A stretch of DNA of 64,000 nt from Christensenella tenuis (GTDB lineage: Bacteria > Bacillota > Clostridia > Christensenellales > Christensenellaceae): assembly GCF_014287795.1 (NCBI RefSeq), contig NZ_JACOON010000006.1, positions 194,024 to 258,023 on the forward strand, given 5' to 3'. The notes below the pieces were generated by a model that saw only the letters and a program-made list of their open reading frames with translations, was not told the DNA's origin and did not search any database. Each line of letters begins with the position of its first letter. Within the stretch, counting starts at the first letter, position 1. Below, piece by piece: positions 37,599 through 46,905 of this stretch. A program made the translations under genes and the position numbers.

Positions 37599-38804
37599 AT
37601 GCAAAAGCAGAAAACAACGCAGTTTTATATCATCGTTCTTCTGGCTACTTTTATTTGTTATGCGCTGTATGTCGTGCTGTTTGGCACGCTTTCCACTACC
37701 ATGATGGATTTTTACAGCATCGGCACCAGCGCCCAGGGCGTATTCACCATGGTTGGCAGCATTGGCGGAATTGCGGCGGCGCTTTTCTGCGCGCTGCTTG
37801 GCGAACGGTTTTTCAAGCCGCGCGTCGTTGCATTCGGCGTGTTGATCCTCGGCGCGGCAACCATGCTCGTCGGGTTTGCGCCTCCTTATCTTATCGTGTG
37901 CGCGGGCGCGCTGCTGGCCGGCATCGGCTATACGGTAATCGATGTGATGGGCCAGGCGACCATTACGGAATACTTCCCGCAAAAAAACAAAACCCTGCTG
38001 CCCATGGTGCAAATTTTCTTCGGCGCGGGAACGATGGCGGGCCCCATTATGATGGCCGCCATGCTCGTCCCGGGGGACTCGCGCAGTTTTGTGAATCCGT
38101 TCCTGTTTGTGGGAATCCTTTCTCTTGCCGTAACGCTTGTTTACGTGCTTTCCCTGAAAAAAACAGCGCCCGAACTTTCCAAAGTGGACCTGACCGCCAT
38201 TGCGCAAAACGCAAAAGAAAATCCGGCGGAAATCTTTAAATCCCCAAAATCATGGGTGATTCTTTTGGGCTGCGGCCTGTTTTCCTGTTTCACTACGACT
38301 ATGGCGGCATGGTATCCGGCGTTTTTCTCCACCGTCCGCGGATTCTCCGTAGACAGCGCGGCGCTTATGCTCACGCTTTATTATGTGGGGACGCTTGCCA
38401 TGCGGCTTTTGGGGCCCCTTATCTTCCGCAAAATCCAGCCGCAGCGCGTGTATGTCTTATTCAGCATCATCAGCATCGCGTGCATGTTCGGCGCGGTTAA
38501 CGTCGCATCCCAGCCGGCCGCCATGGTGCTCACCACCCTCGGGGGCGCGTTCTGCGCGCTCAATGTGGTAAGCGTTGTGATGATTTCCACCGCGCTTTTC
38601 CCTACGCGCAAAGCATCTGCAACTTCCCTTGCCGTATTCGCCTACAATATCGGCGGTATGACAGCGCCTGTGCTCGTGGGTGCAATCGCCGAAACGTCCG
38701 GCCTGCTGCTGCCGCTGAACGGCCTGATTGCCATTTTTGCCGCAAGCGTCGTGGTTATGGGTATCCTGTGCGTCCGGTGCAGGAAAGAGCTTGCGAATGC
38801 ATGA
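37599..38804 (+). CDS. MFS transporter
   Basis: 12 predicted TM helices, 401 aa. Confidence 0.75.
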   Translation: MQKQKTTQFYIIVLLATFICYALYVVLFGTLSTTMMDFYSIGTSAQGVFTMVGSIGGIAAALFCALLGERFFKPRVVAFGVLILGAATMLVGFAPPYLIVCAGALLAGIGYTVIDVMGQATITEYFPQKNKTLLPMVQIFFGAGTMAGPIMMAAMLVPGDSRSFVNPFLFVGILSLAVTLVYVLSLKKTAPELSKVDLTAIAQNAKENPAEIFKSPKSWVILLGCGLFSCFTTTMAAWYPAFFSTVRGFSVDSAALMLTLYYVGTLAMRLLGPLIFRKIQPQRVYVLFSIISIACMFGAVNVASQPAAMVLTTLGGAFCALNVVSVVMISTALFPTRKASATSLAVFAYNIGGMTAPVLVGAIAETSGLLLPLNGLIAIFAASVVVMGILCVRCRKELANA

Positions 38805-38969
38805 GGCGAAATAGATTCGCAGAGTATTGTCTTAAACGGCAAACACGAAAGGCAAATGCCTTTCGTGTTTTTTGATACTTATTTTTTGCTTCGGATATTT
38901 CATATTCCCCGCCGGTTAAAGCCATAGGGAGGACGGCAGGGCCTGTGTCATAATCCAAAATATACTTTT

Positions 38970-40139
38970 TTATTCGCTGAACACATATTCCGGCTGATTC
39001 ATCGGCATGGGCTCGGGTCTTTCAAATGTGCTTTCCATTTCATGATATGTCCCGCTTTCAGCCGCGTCGTGAATCCCTTGCATGATTTCAAGCGCGTGCA
39101 GGGCCATGTTCCCGTTCGCCCTGTGCTGCCTCCCTGACTCAATGGCGGCGCACATATCCGCAAGCCCAAGGATACGGCTGTTTTCGTTATAGCCGAACGC
39201 GGCAGGGATCTCCCGCCATGCGGTCGCTTCCTTCCTCGGCAGTGTGCTTGGGAAGTCATTCCAGTCGGCTTCGTCGCTCCGTCTGAGAAGGATCGGCCCC
39301 TCGAAAAGATTCGGACCTGCGAGCGGATCGGCATCCGGAAGTGTAAGTGTTCCTTCCGTTCCATATAGCTCAAGCCGTGGGAGGTGGGAATCCCAGATAT
39401 CGAAACTCGTGATGATCGTCGCAATCGCCCCGATATCAAATTCTACCGTTCCGGCGATGTGCGTAGGCACTTCGACAGCAACGATCTCGCCAAAGCACGG
39501 CTCGCTTGTGATGCGCCTCTGCTCAAATGTCTTTTGTACAGAGCCGCAGACCCGCCTCGCAGGTCCCAGCAGTGAAAGTAATGCCGTTACATAGTACGGG
39601 CCCATATCAAACATAGGGCCGGCCCCGGTCTTGTAATAAAACTGCGGGCCGGGATGCCATATTTCATGGCCATGGCAGGTCATAAACGCCGTTGCCGCAA
39701 TCGGTTTTCCGATCCATCCTTCGTCTATCAGCTTGCGGCAGGTTTGCAATCTCCCGCCCAGAAAGGTATCCGGCGCCGCGCCAACCCGCAGACCCTTTTC
39801 CTTTGCCAGCGCAATAATCTCTTGTCCTTCCTGGGTTGTAATGGCAAGTGATTTTTCCGTATAAACATGCTTTCCGGCTTCAAGGGCCATCATATTGACC
39901 GGGTAATGCGCATTCGGGTTGGTAAGATTGAGTATGACCTCGATCTCGCCATCCGCCATAATATCCGACACAGTATCATATACTTTCCCGATTCCATATT
40001 TCTCAGCCTGCGCTTCGGCCCTTTCCCGGATCTGGTCGCAGACAGCGACGATCTCAAGCACGTCGTACTTTTTGCCGTTTGTTAAATAAATGTCACTGAT
40101 ATTGCCGCAGCCGACAACACCAACCTTTACCTTTTTCAT
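38970..40139 (-). CDS. Gfo/Idh/MocA family oxidoreductase
   Basis: N-terminal Rossmann VGVVGCGNISDIYL, family-typical C-terminal alpha/beta domain. Confidence 0.85.
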   Translation of the reverse strand: MKKVKVGVVGCGNISDIYLTNGKKYDVLEIVAVCDQIRERAEAQAEKYGIGKVYDTVSDIMADGEIEVILNLTNPNAHYPVNMMALEAGKHVYTEKSLAITTQEGQEIIALAKEKGLRVGAAPDTFLGGRLQTCRKLIDEGWIGKPIAATAFMTCHGHEIWHPGPQFYYKTGAGPMFDMGPYYVTALLSLLGPARRVCGSVQKTFEQRRITSEPCFGEIVAVEVPTHIAGTVEFDIGAIATIITSFDIWDSHLPRLELYGTEGTLTLPDADPLAGPNLFEGPILLRRSDEADWNDFPSTLPRKEATAWREIPAAFGYNENSRILGLADMCAAIESGRQHRANGNMALHALEIMQGIHDAAESGTYHEMESTFERPEPMPMNQPEYVFSE

Positions 40140-40156
40140 TTCTCTTTACCTCGTTA

Positions 40157-40915
40157 CTATTTTGCCGTCCAAAGCAGCGCGCGCCTTGTCACTTCCAGAT
40201 TCGGTTTTTCCATGAAGTGGCTGATGGAATGTCCGCAGGAATTATAGAAGACCCTTCCCTGTCCAAAGTATTTCGTCCACATAACCGGCATATCGAAAAC
40301 CCCGTTTGTAATATGCGGCCCAACCGCTTCCATGGAATCGTTGAACTCATTCTCGTCGAAATTCCATACGCCGTAGGTTGAATCAGGATCAATGGACGTA
40401 TCCCCAATATTTGTGTAAGCTCCTTTCCCAACCGGCATCCGCGTTGTCGCAAGGACATGTACCGCCGGATCGACAAGCAGGTAATAATGCTCGGAAACCG
40501 TTTCAAAATCTTCCAACCCTTGTGTGATCGGATGGGTCTTGTCTACATAGTGCACCTGGAACCGCACATGCTGCCCATTGGGGTGGGCTACCCACTGGCC
40601 GCCCGTCATAAGCTGCCAGTCCATGCAGTCATGGAAGGAGTCGCACATCCCGCCGTGGCATCCGGCAATTCCCACACCGCTTGCTACGGCCTTGATAACC
40701 GGGCCGTGCTGCTGCGGCGTGATCTCGCCATGGCTCCAGCACGGAACAATAATGTTAAGGCCCATCAGTTTCTCTTCATCTTCGAAGGCGGAAAGCGTAT
40801 CCGCCATCTCTACGTCAAAATTTTCCGATTCAAGAATGTCTTTATATGCGTGCGCAACCTGTTCCGGATCATGACCGTCCCAGCCGCCCCACACGATCAG
40901 CGCTTTCTTTTTCAT
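40157..40915 (-). CDS. ThuA-like (trehalose-utilisation / class I glutamine amidotransferase-like) protein
   Basis: MKKKALIVWGGWDGHDPEQV N-terminus and the overall ThuA pattern. Confidence 0.65.
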   Translation of the reverse strand: MKKKALIVWGGWDGHDPEQVAHAYKDILESENFDVEMADTLSAFEDEEKLMGLNIIVPCWSHGEITPQQHGPVIKAVASGVGIAGCHGGMCDSFHDCMDWQLMTGGQWVAHPNGQHVRFQVHYVDKTHPITQGLEDFETVSEHYYLLVDPAVHVLATTRMPVGKGAYTNIGDTSIDPDSTYGVWNFDENEFNDSMEAVGPHITNGVFDMPVMWTKYFGQGRVFYNSCGHSISHFMEKPNLEVTRRALLWTAK

Positions 40916-41013
40916 GATTCATTTCTCCTATCTTTTCTTTTGAGCAAATTATTTATATGTCTTTTTGTCTTCGGTGTAATAAGCAACCAGGTCATTCTAT
41001 TTTTACACTGAAG

Positions 41014-42009
41014 TTACTCTAAATAATTGTCTACATTGTCAATCGTCACCAGTTGGAAAGGAACGTATGTTTCCGATTCTACTTCTTCTCCCTTTACCAT
41101 CTTATATGCCATTTCTACCGCCATCGTCGCCTGGCCGTAAGCGTCCTGGAATACGGTAGCGTCAAGCCTCCCGTCCTTTACCGCCTGAAGCGCATCGGGA
41201 ATCGCATCCACTCCTACGATAATCATGTTTTCCTTCATATTGTTGTTTTCCGCAGCCTTGAGCGCACCCATTACCATTTCGTCGTTCTGTGAGAAAATAG
41301 CGTTGATTTGGTCTCCATAGGACTGAATCCAGTTTTCTGTAAGAGCCATCGCTTCTTCCCTCGACCAGTGCGCCGTATCCTCCGCGAGCAACGTCATATC
41401 CGGATATTGTTCCAACACCGCATATGCCCCGTCGCTTCTCTTGATTTCAGCGGACTGCCCCGGATTTCCATGGATCATGCAGATATTTCCCTTGCCGCCC
41501 AATTTCTCGGCGATAAATTCAATCGCGAGTTCCGAGGATTCTTCGTCTCTCGACCCGACAAATACATCCGGCGCGGCAGTTGTGACCGAGTTCACATTGA
41601 TAATCGGGATCCCGGCTTCCTGTGCCTTTGTGACTGCGGGCGAGCTTGCATCCGCATCGCAGGGATCCATGATGATCGCGTCAACTCCCTGGGCGATAAA
41701 CGATTCTACCTGTGAGATCTGTTTATTCGCATCCATATCCGGATCGTTGCAAATGACTTCAATGCCAAGTTCGGCACACTTGTCTTCAATTCCCTTCTGG
41801 ATTTTTACCATAAATTCATTCGAATTCGTTATGGTTGTAAATCCAAAGACCAGCCCTTCCCCGTCTTCCGCAGCGGCAGTATCTTCCGCCCCGGTTGCCG
41901 CCGATGCGCTTTCGGTCGCCGTCTCCGGCTCCGCCGCAGGCGCGGCGCACGCCACGCATCCTACTACTGCAAATATAACAGCCATTACCAATACTACTAT
42001 TTTTTTCAT
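41014..42009 (-). CDS. sugar ABC transporter substrate-binding lipoprotein (RbsB-like)
   Basis: Lipoprotein signal ...VVGCVAC, PBP type I fold. Confidence 0.85.
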   Translation of the reverse strand: MKKIVVLVMAVIFAVVGCVACAAPAAEPETATESASAATGAEDTAAAEDGEGLVFGFTTITNSNEFMVKIQKGIEDKCAELGIEVICNDPDMDANKQISQVESFIAQGVDAIIMDPCDADASSPAVTKAQEAGIPIINVNSVTTAAPDVFVGSRDEESSELAIEFIAEKLGGKGNICMIHGNPGQSAEIKRSDGAYAVLEQYPDMTLLAEDTAHWSREEAMALTENWIQSYGDQINAIFSQNDEMVMGALKAAENNNMKENMIIVGVDAIPDALQAVKDGRLDATVFQDAYGQATMAVEMAYKMVKGEEVESETYVPFQLVTIDNVDNYLE

Positions 42010-42078
42010 ATTACCCTCCGCTATTTTTTATCGTTTCGTTATCCTGGTTACTTGGATTGCTTATCATAAATGATTCCC

Positions 42079-43074
42079 TTACCTCTTTTGCTTTGTTTTT
42101 ACATCCAGCAGAACCGCGCCGATGATAATCAGTCCCTTAATAATCTGCTGGTAGTACGACGATACGTTGAGCAGGTCCAGCCCATTGTTGATGAAGCCAA
42201 TAATCAATGCGCCGATCAGTGTCCCGACTACTGTTCCAACCCCGCCGGAAAGGCTGGTTCCGCCTATAACCACGGCGGCAATCGCATCCAGCTCATATCC
42301 AACGCCAATGCTTGGCTGCCCAACTTCTATGCGCGCGGCCTGCATCACGCCGGCAAGCCCCGCAAGCCCGCTGCAAATCACATATACAGACATCTTCACC
42401 CGGTCGACCTTAACGCCCGATGCGTAAGCCGCATCTTCGTTTCCGCCGATCGCATATACATACCGGCCGTATTTCGTCTTATTCAGAACAAACCACACGA
42501 TCAGGAACACCGCCAGCATAATTAATATCATCACCGGGAACCCTATTTGCCCTTCGGCCCCGCCGATTTCCCCATTACCAATCCAGTTAAAGGCCGGATC
42601 AAGGTTGGAGACCGGGCGGCCATCCGCAATGAGCAGCGCGCCGCCGCGGGCGATTGTCGTCACGCCCAGCGTTACGATAAAGGAAGCGACATTTGCCTTT
42701 GCAACGATTACGCCGATAAAAAGCCCGAAGAGGACGCCGACGCCAATACCGACCAGAACCGGTACGACTATGGGATATTCCCCCGGATGTGCAAACATCG
42801 CCGCGGATACGCCGGTAATCGCCACCACCGCACCCAGCGAAAGATCGATCCCGCCGGTCAGCACCACAAAAGTTGCCCCGATTGCCAAAATCGCGCTGAT
42901 TGAGATTTGCCTGAATACGTTCAGGAAGTTCTTTACTTGCAAAAAGTTTGGCGTAGCAATGGATAAAACTACGATAAGAACGACAAGCGCGATCAATATT
43001 CCATATTTTGACAGCAAACTTTTTGCGTCATTTCTTTTTAACATATTGCTCTTGGCATCTAAATTCTGAAACAT
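42079..43074 (-). CDS. sugar ABC transporter permease (RbsC-like)
   Basis: Multi-TM; paralogous to the 16220..17191 product (shared LDLSLGAVVAITGV / GGTSLSGG blocks). Confidence 0.85.
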   Translation of the reverse strand: MFQNLDAKSNMLKRNDAKSLLSKYGILIALVVLIVVLSIATPNFLQVKNFLNVFRQISISAILAIGATFVVLTGGIDLSLGAVVAITGVSAAMFAHPGEYPIVVPVLVGIGVGVLFGLFIGVIVAKANVASFIVTLGVTTIARGGALLIADGRPVSNLDPAFNWIGNGEIGGAEGQIGFPVMILIMLAVFLIVWFVLNKTKYGRYVYAIGGNEDAAYASGVKVDRVKMSVYVICSGLAGLAGVMQAARIEVGQPSIGVGYELDAIAAVVIGGTSLSGGVGTVVGTLIGALIIGFINNGLDLLNVSSYYQQIIKGLIIIGAVLLDVKTKQKR

Positions 43075-43106
43075 TTTTTATCCTTTCGTCTTATTACAAG
43101 ATATTT

Positions 43107-44594
43107 TTACTGGGCGAATGCCCACTTCATGAGCGTTTCCTGGTCAAAGTCTTCCCTTTGGACTTCCCCCATCATCTCCCCTTCGTGCAAAACGATGATT
43201 CTGTCGCACAGCCCCAATAGTTCGGGCATTTCAGAAGAAACCACGATAACCGCTTTTCCTTCCTCCGCCAGCTCGCAGATCAATTTATAAATCTCTGCTT
43301 TTGCGCCGACATCGATTCCACGCGTGGGTTCGTCCATGATGAGTATTTCCGCTTCATCCAGGAGAAGTTTTCCCAGCACCACCTTTTGCTGATTGCCGCC
43401 CGATAAGTTTTTGACAAGCTGTTCTTTCGATGGGGCTTTGATAGCCAGCATCTGCATCATCTTGTCCGCAAGCTCCGCTTCCTTTTTATTTCCGACAACA
43501 ATTCCATTAAAATATTTATTCAGGTTTGATAATGTGAGGTTTTTTTTGATCGACATCGGCAGGACGAGGCCCACTCCTTTTCTGTCTTCATTTACAAGCC
43601 CGATCTTATTTTTAATTGCATCTCCGGGATTTCTGATTGTGATTTGTTCGCCCCGGACATAGATCTCGCCTTCATCCAGTTTATCGATCCCATAGATCGC
43701 ACGCATAATTTCCGTCCGTCCCGCGCCCATCAGTCCTGCAAAGCCCAGTATTTCGCCTTTTCGCAGTGAAAACGAAATGTCATGGAATACGCCTTCCCGC
43801 TTGAGCCCTTTCACCTCAAATACCTGTTCGCCGATCTCATTGTTTTTTTCAGGATATACCTGCGATAACTCCCGCCCTACCATCGCAACGATAATCTGGT
43901 CGATATCGATATTCTCTGTTGGAAAAGTATCGATAAAGGTTCCGTCCCGCAAGATCGTTACTTCGTCTGAGATTTTTAGAACTTCATCCATTTTGTGCGA
44001 AATATAGACGATTGCTACCCCTTTTGCTTTCAGATCGTTCAGCACCGCGAAGAGCTGGTCCACCTCTTTGTCCGTTATTGCGGATGTAGGTTCGTCCATG
44101 ATTACGATTTTGGCGTTATAGGAAACGCATTTTGCAATTTCAACCATTTGCCTCTCGGAAACGCTGAGATCTTTCATCAGAACTTTGGGATCCAAGCTGA
44201 CGCCGACGCGTGCAAGAAGCTCTTTTGCTTTTTCGCACATCGCGGTTCTATCGATTATCCCGTTTTTCAGTATTTCCCTCCCAAGGAACATATTTTCTGC
44301 AATCGTCATATGGGGAATGTATGAAAGTTCCTGATGCACCATGGTGATCCCCATCCCGATCGCCTGCCCCTGGCTGTACCTGGAGATTTCCCTGCCGTCA
44401 TAAATTATCTTTCCGCTATCCGGTACGTACATCCCCATGAGAACCTTCATCAATGTTGATTTTCCGGCGCCGTTCTCTCCCATCAGCGCGTGGACCGTCC
44501 CACATTTTAATTTCAGGTTTACATTTTCAAGTGCCTTTACTCCCGGAAATGATTTACAAATATCAACCATTTCCAAAATATACTCATTAGCCAA
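43107..44594 (-). CDS. sugar ABC transporter ATP-binding protein, tandem NBDs
   Basis: Two Walker A / signature sets (GENGAGKST...LSGGNQQKV). Confidence 0.85.
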   Translation of the reverse strand: MANEYILEMVDICKSFPGVKALENVNLKLKCGTVHALMGENGAGKSTLMKVLMGMYVPDSGKIIYDGREISRYSQGQAIGMGITMVHQELSYIPHMTIAENMFLGREILKNGIIDRTAMCEKAKELLARVGVSLDPKVLMKDLSVSERQMVEIAKCVSYNAKIVIMDEPTSAITDKEVDQLFAVLNDLKAKGVAIVYISHKMDEVLKISDEVTILRDGTFIDTFPTENIDIDQIIVAMVGRELSQVYPEKNNEIGEQVFEVKGLKREGVFHDISFSLRKGEILGFAGLMGAGRTEIMRAIYGIDKLDEGEIYVRGEQITIRNPGDAIKNKIGLVNEDRKGVGLVLPMSIKKNLTLSNLNKYFNGIVVGNKKEAELADKMMQMLAIKAPSKEQLVKNLSGGNQQKVVLGKLLLDEAEILIMDEPTRGIDVGAKAEIYKLICELAEEGKAVIVVSSEMPELLGLCDRIIVLHEGEMMGEVQREDFDQETLMKWAFAQ

Positions 44595-44674
44595 TTTAAT
44601 TTACACACCACCTTTTAATGAAAAAAATTTTATACGTCTTGAAATGATTGTAAATGCTCTTTAATATGTTTCAC

Positions 44675-44703
44675 ATTTTACCACCGTTCTACCCATTAGT
44701 CAA
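44675..44703 (-). promoter_or_regulatory. sigma-A type promoter (minus strand) TTGACT-17-TAAAAT for the ABC/ThuA operon
   Basis: Reverse-strand reading gives cTTGACTaatgggtagaacggtggTAAAATg, about 80 bp upstream of the ATPase ATG. Confidence 0.5.
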
Positions 44704-44739
44704 GTGGCTTTTTAAAGTCATTTTAATTTAAATCAAAAA

Positions 44740-44772
44740 AATAAGCCTCTCTTTCTTCGAAAGAGAGGCCCG
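44740..44772 (-). terminator. terminator after the ROK regulator gene
   Basis: GCCTCTCTTTC-ttcg-GAAAGAGAGGC followed by a T-run on the minus strand. Confidence 0.65.
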
Positions 44773-44783
44773 GCGTCATAAAA

Positions 44784-45947
44784 TCAATACACTTTTTCCA
44801 CTTCCATAAAAAGGTTGAGCGGTATGATGGCGGCCCCCATCACAGAGGCGTTCATCCCCAGTTCAGAGACTACAATCCTGACATCTTTTTCGGAAAAAAG
44901 CTTCTCGCCGTTGAATGTGCGCTTTCTTACCTTTTCAATAAAGCTTTTCGCATAATTTGCCATTTCTCCGCCAAGAACAATATAGCGCGGATCAAATATC
45001 AAAATAATATTCCTCAGGCCAGCTGCCAGAAATTCGATATATTCATCCATGACTTCAGCGGCAGTCTCATTTTTTTGGTCGTACATTTCAAAAAACGCCC
45101 GCACAGATGAAGCTTTTTTCCCAGCTTTTTCGCGGTACAGGTCCAACAGGGCACGTTCGGAAATATAGGAGTTCCAGCACCCTTTGTTTCCACACACACA
45201 CATAGCTCCATCCTTCACGATTGTCATGTGCCCCAATTCTCCGGCCCGTTTGTTATATCCCTTGTAGACCTTGTTTCCGGAGATAATTCCCGCGCCAATA
45301 CCTTCATTGATAGAAATATAGACCATGTCATTCTTATTATGGCATACGCCGATTTTATATTCTGCAACTGCAGCGGCATTGGATTCATTTTCGACATAGA
45401 TCGGAAAATCAAACAGCGCTTCATATTTTCTGAAATCTATGTTATCGATGTTCAGATTAGCGGCAAATTCAAGAATTTTGTCCTTTTCATTCACAGTTCC
45501 GGGAAGCGATATCCCCATTCCGATAATCCGGGAGGAATCGATATTCATGATCTTCAGCATTTCGTCAATTTCGCTTTTTACATCGGACATCATTTTATCC
45601 ATATCGCGAAGAACATCGAATTCTATGAGCCGATCGCAGATAATTTCATAATTCATGTTAATAAGAACAAAGCGAATCCTGCCTATTTGAAAATCTACGC
45701 CAATCGAATATTTCGCATTTTTTACAAATTCGACAATCGTCGGACGGCGTCCGCCCGTAGAGCTTGCGACCCCAGCTTCTTTCAATACGCCAATTTCGAT
45801 TAGCTCATTGACGTTAGAGATGACCGTGGGCAGGCTGACGCTGATCGCCTTCCCAAGTTCGCTCTTTGTCATTTTCTTTTTCCGCCGCAGCAGGCTCATA
45901 ATTTTTCGCCTGTTAATATCTTTGATAACGCTTTGATCTACCTTCAA
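44784..45947 (-). CDS. ROK family transcriptional regulator (NagC/XylR-like)
   Basis: N-terminal winged HTH (DINRRKIMSLLRRKKKMTKSELGKAISVSLPTVISNVNELIEIGVL) plus a ROK sugar-kinase-like domain with a CxCGxxGC zinc motif. Confidence 0.85.
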   Translation of the reverse strand: MKVDQSVIKDINRRKIMSLLRRKKKMTKSELGKAISVSLPTVISNVNELIEIGVLKEAGVASSTGGRRPTIVEFVKNAKYSIGVDFQIGRIRFVLINMNYEIICDRLIEFDVLRDMDKMMSDVKSEIDEMLKIMNIDSSRIIGMGISLPGTVNEKDKILEFAANLNIDNIDFRKYEALFDFPIYVENESNAAAVAEYKIGVCHNKNDMVYISINEGIGAGIISGNKVYKGYNKRAGELGHMTIVKDGAMCVCGNKGCWNSYISERALLDLYREKAGKKASSVRAFFEMYDQKNETAAEVMDEYIEFLAAGLRNIILIFDPRYIVLGGEMANYAKSFIEKVRKRTFNGEKLFSEKDVRIVVSELGMNASVMGAAIIPLNLFMEVEKVY

Positions 45948-46589
45948 TCATTTAGTCCTCCGCCTTAAGTTAATAACATTCTATAATATCCCCAATAATT
46001 TTTCAAGGCATTTAAGTAAGTTGTTTTAAAAACAAATGCCCATTTTTCACGAATCATTACGAATGCAATCGGCTGTATTTCCCGAGACGACACCTACCGC
46101 TTTCCATGCTTCATCATTCCGCAAATTCGTACGCAAAAAGGATTTGGCATGTCTGCCAAATCCTTTATCGCTTTTAAAGAAACCGGTGGAGCGAGGCATA
46201 TGCGCCGCCCGAAAGCACCATAGATTCCATCCGGGATTCAAATTCACTGTTCCGTCCTTTCGCGGGCTGTTTCCTTTCCCTGCAAAATGATGGATTCCCG
46301 TTGCCCAACGGCAGCCCGCACCTTCGGCGCAGGGCGCATCCCGTCGCCTTCCTGCACGCCGGGCACGGCACAAAATTCCCCCAAGCCGCTGCACCGCGCA
46401 CATATTCCGGCGCGTGTACGTCCGCAGCAGCTAGCAAAAGTATCTCCCAAGCTAAAAACCATTGCCGTACTTCTTACCTGAACCTGCATCCAGTATAAAC
46501 ATACTTATCCAAGCAGTTTCCTTTTTTTTCATAAAATGAGCCATTTTCCTTTCCATTCCGTATATTCTAATATCAAGGAGGTAACGATC

Positions 46590-46841
46590 ATGGCAACTTT
46601 TACAGATGAAAACGGCAAAGTATTAACAGATGAGGAGCTTGAGCGGGCTGCGGGCGGATTTGGGATTTTTAATGGGAAAACAGGCCGGTCTAAAATGAGG
46701 TGGAAAGTTTGTCCCAAATGCGGCGGTACCGATTTCAAAGTCGATCCCGATCCCACTATAACAAAAACCGGCAGAGAGAATGGTCTTTATTACGCATGTA
46801 AAAAATGCGGTTGGACTGGCTGGATAGGCAATAACGAATAA
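46590..46841 (+). CDS. double-glycine-leader peptide precursor (83 aa): 23-aa leader + 60-aa core with two CxxC pairs
   Basis: AGGAGGT RBS 7 nt before the ATG. Leader MATFTDENGKVLTDEELERAAGG fits the GG-leader consensus (L-12, E-8, L-7, A-4, G-2, G-1). Core FGIFNGKTGRSKMRWKVCPKCGG...YYACKKCGWTGWIGNNE. Convergent with a C39-peptidase ABC exporter locus. Confidence 0.6.
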   Translation: MATFTDENGKVLTDEELERAAGGFGIFNGKTGRSKMRWKVCPKCGGTDFKVDPDPTITKTGRENGLYYACKKCGWTGWIGNNE

Positions 46842-46905
46842 CGGCGCCTTCCGGGCAGCGGCAAGCGGTTCCACTGCCGCCATGTTAAGCGGCGGCTTTC
46901 TTTTT

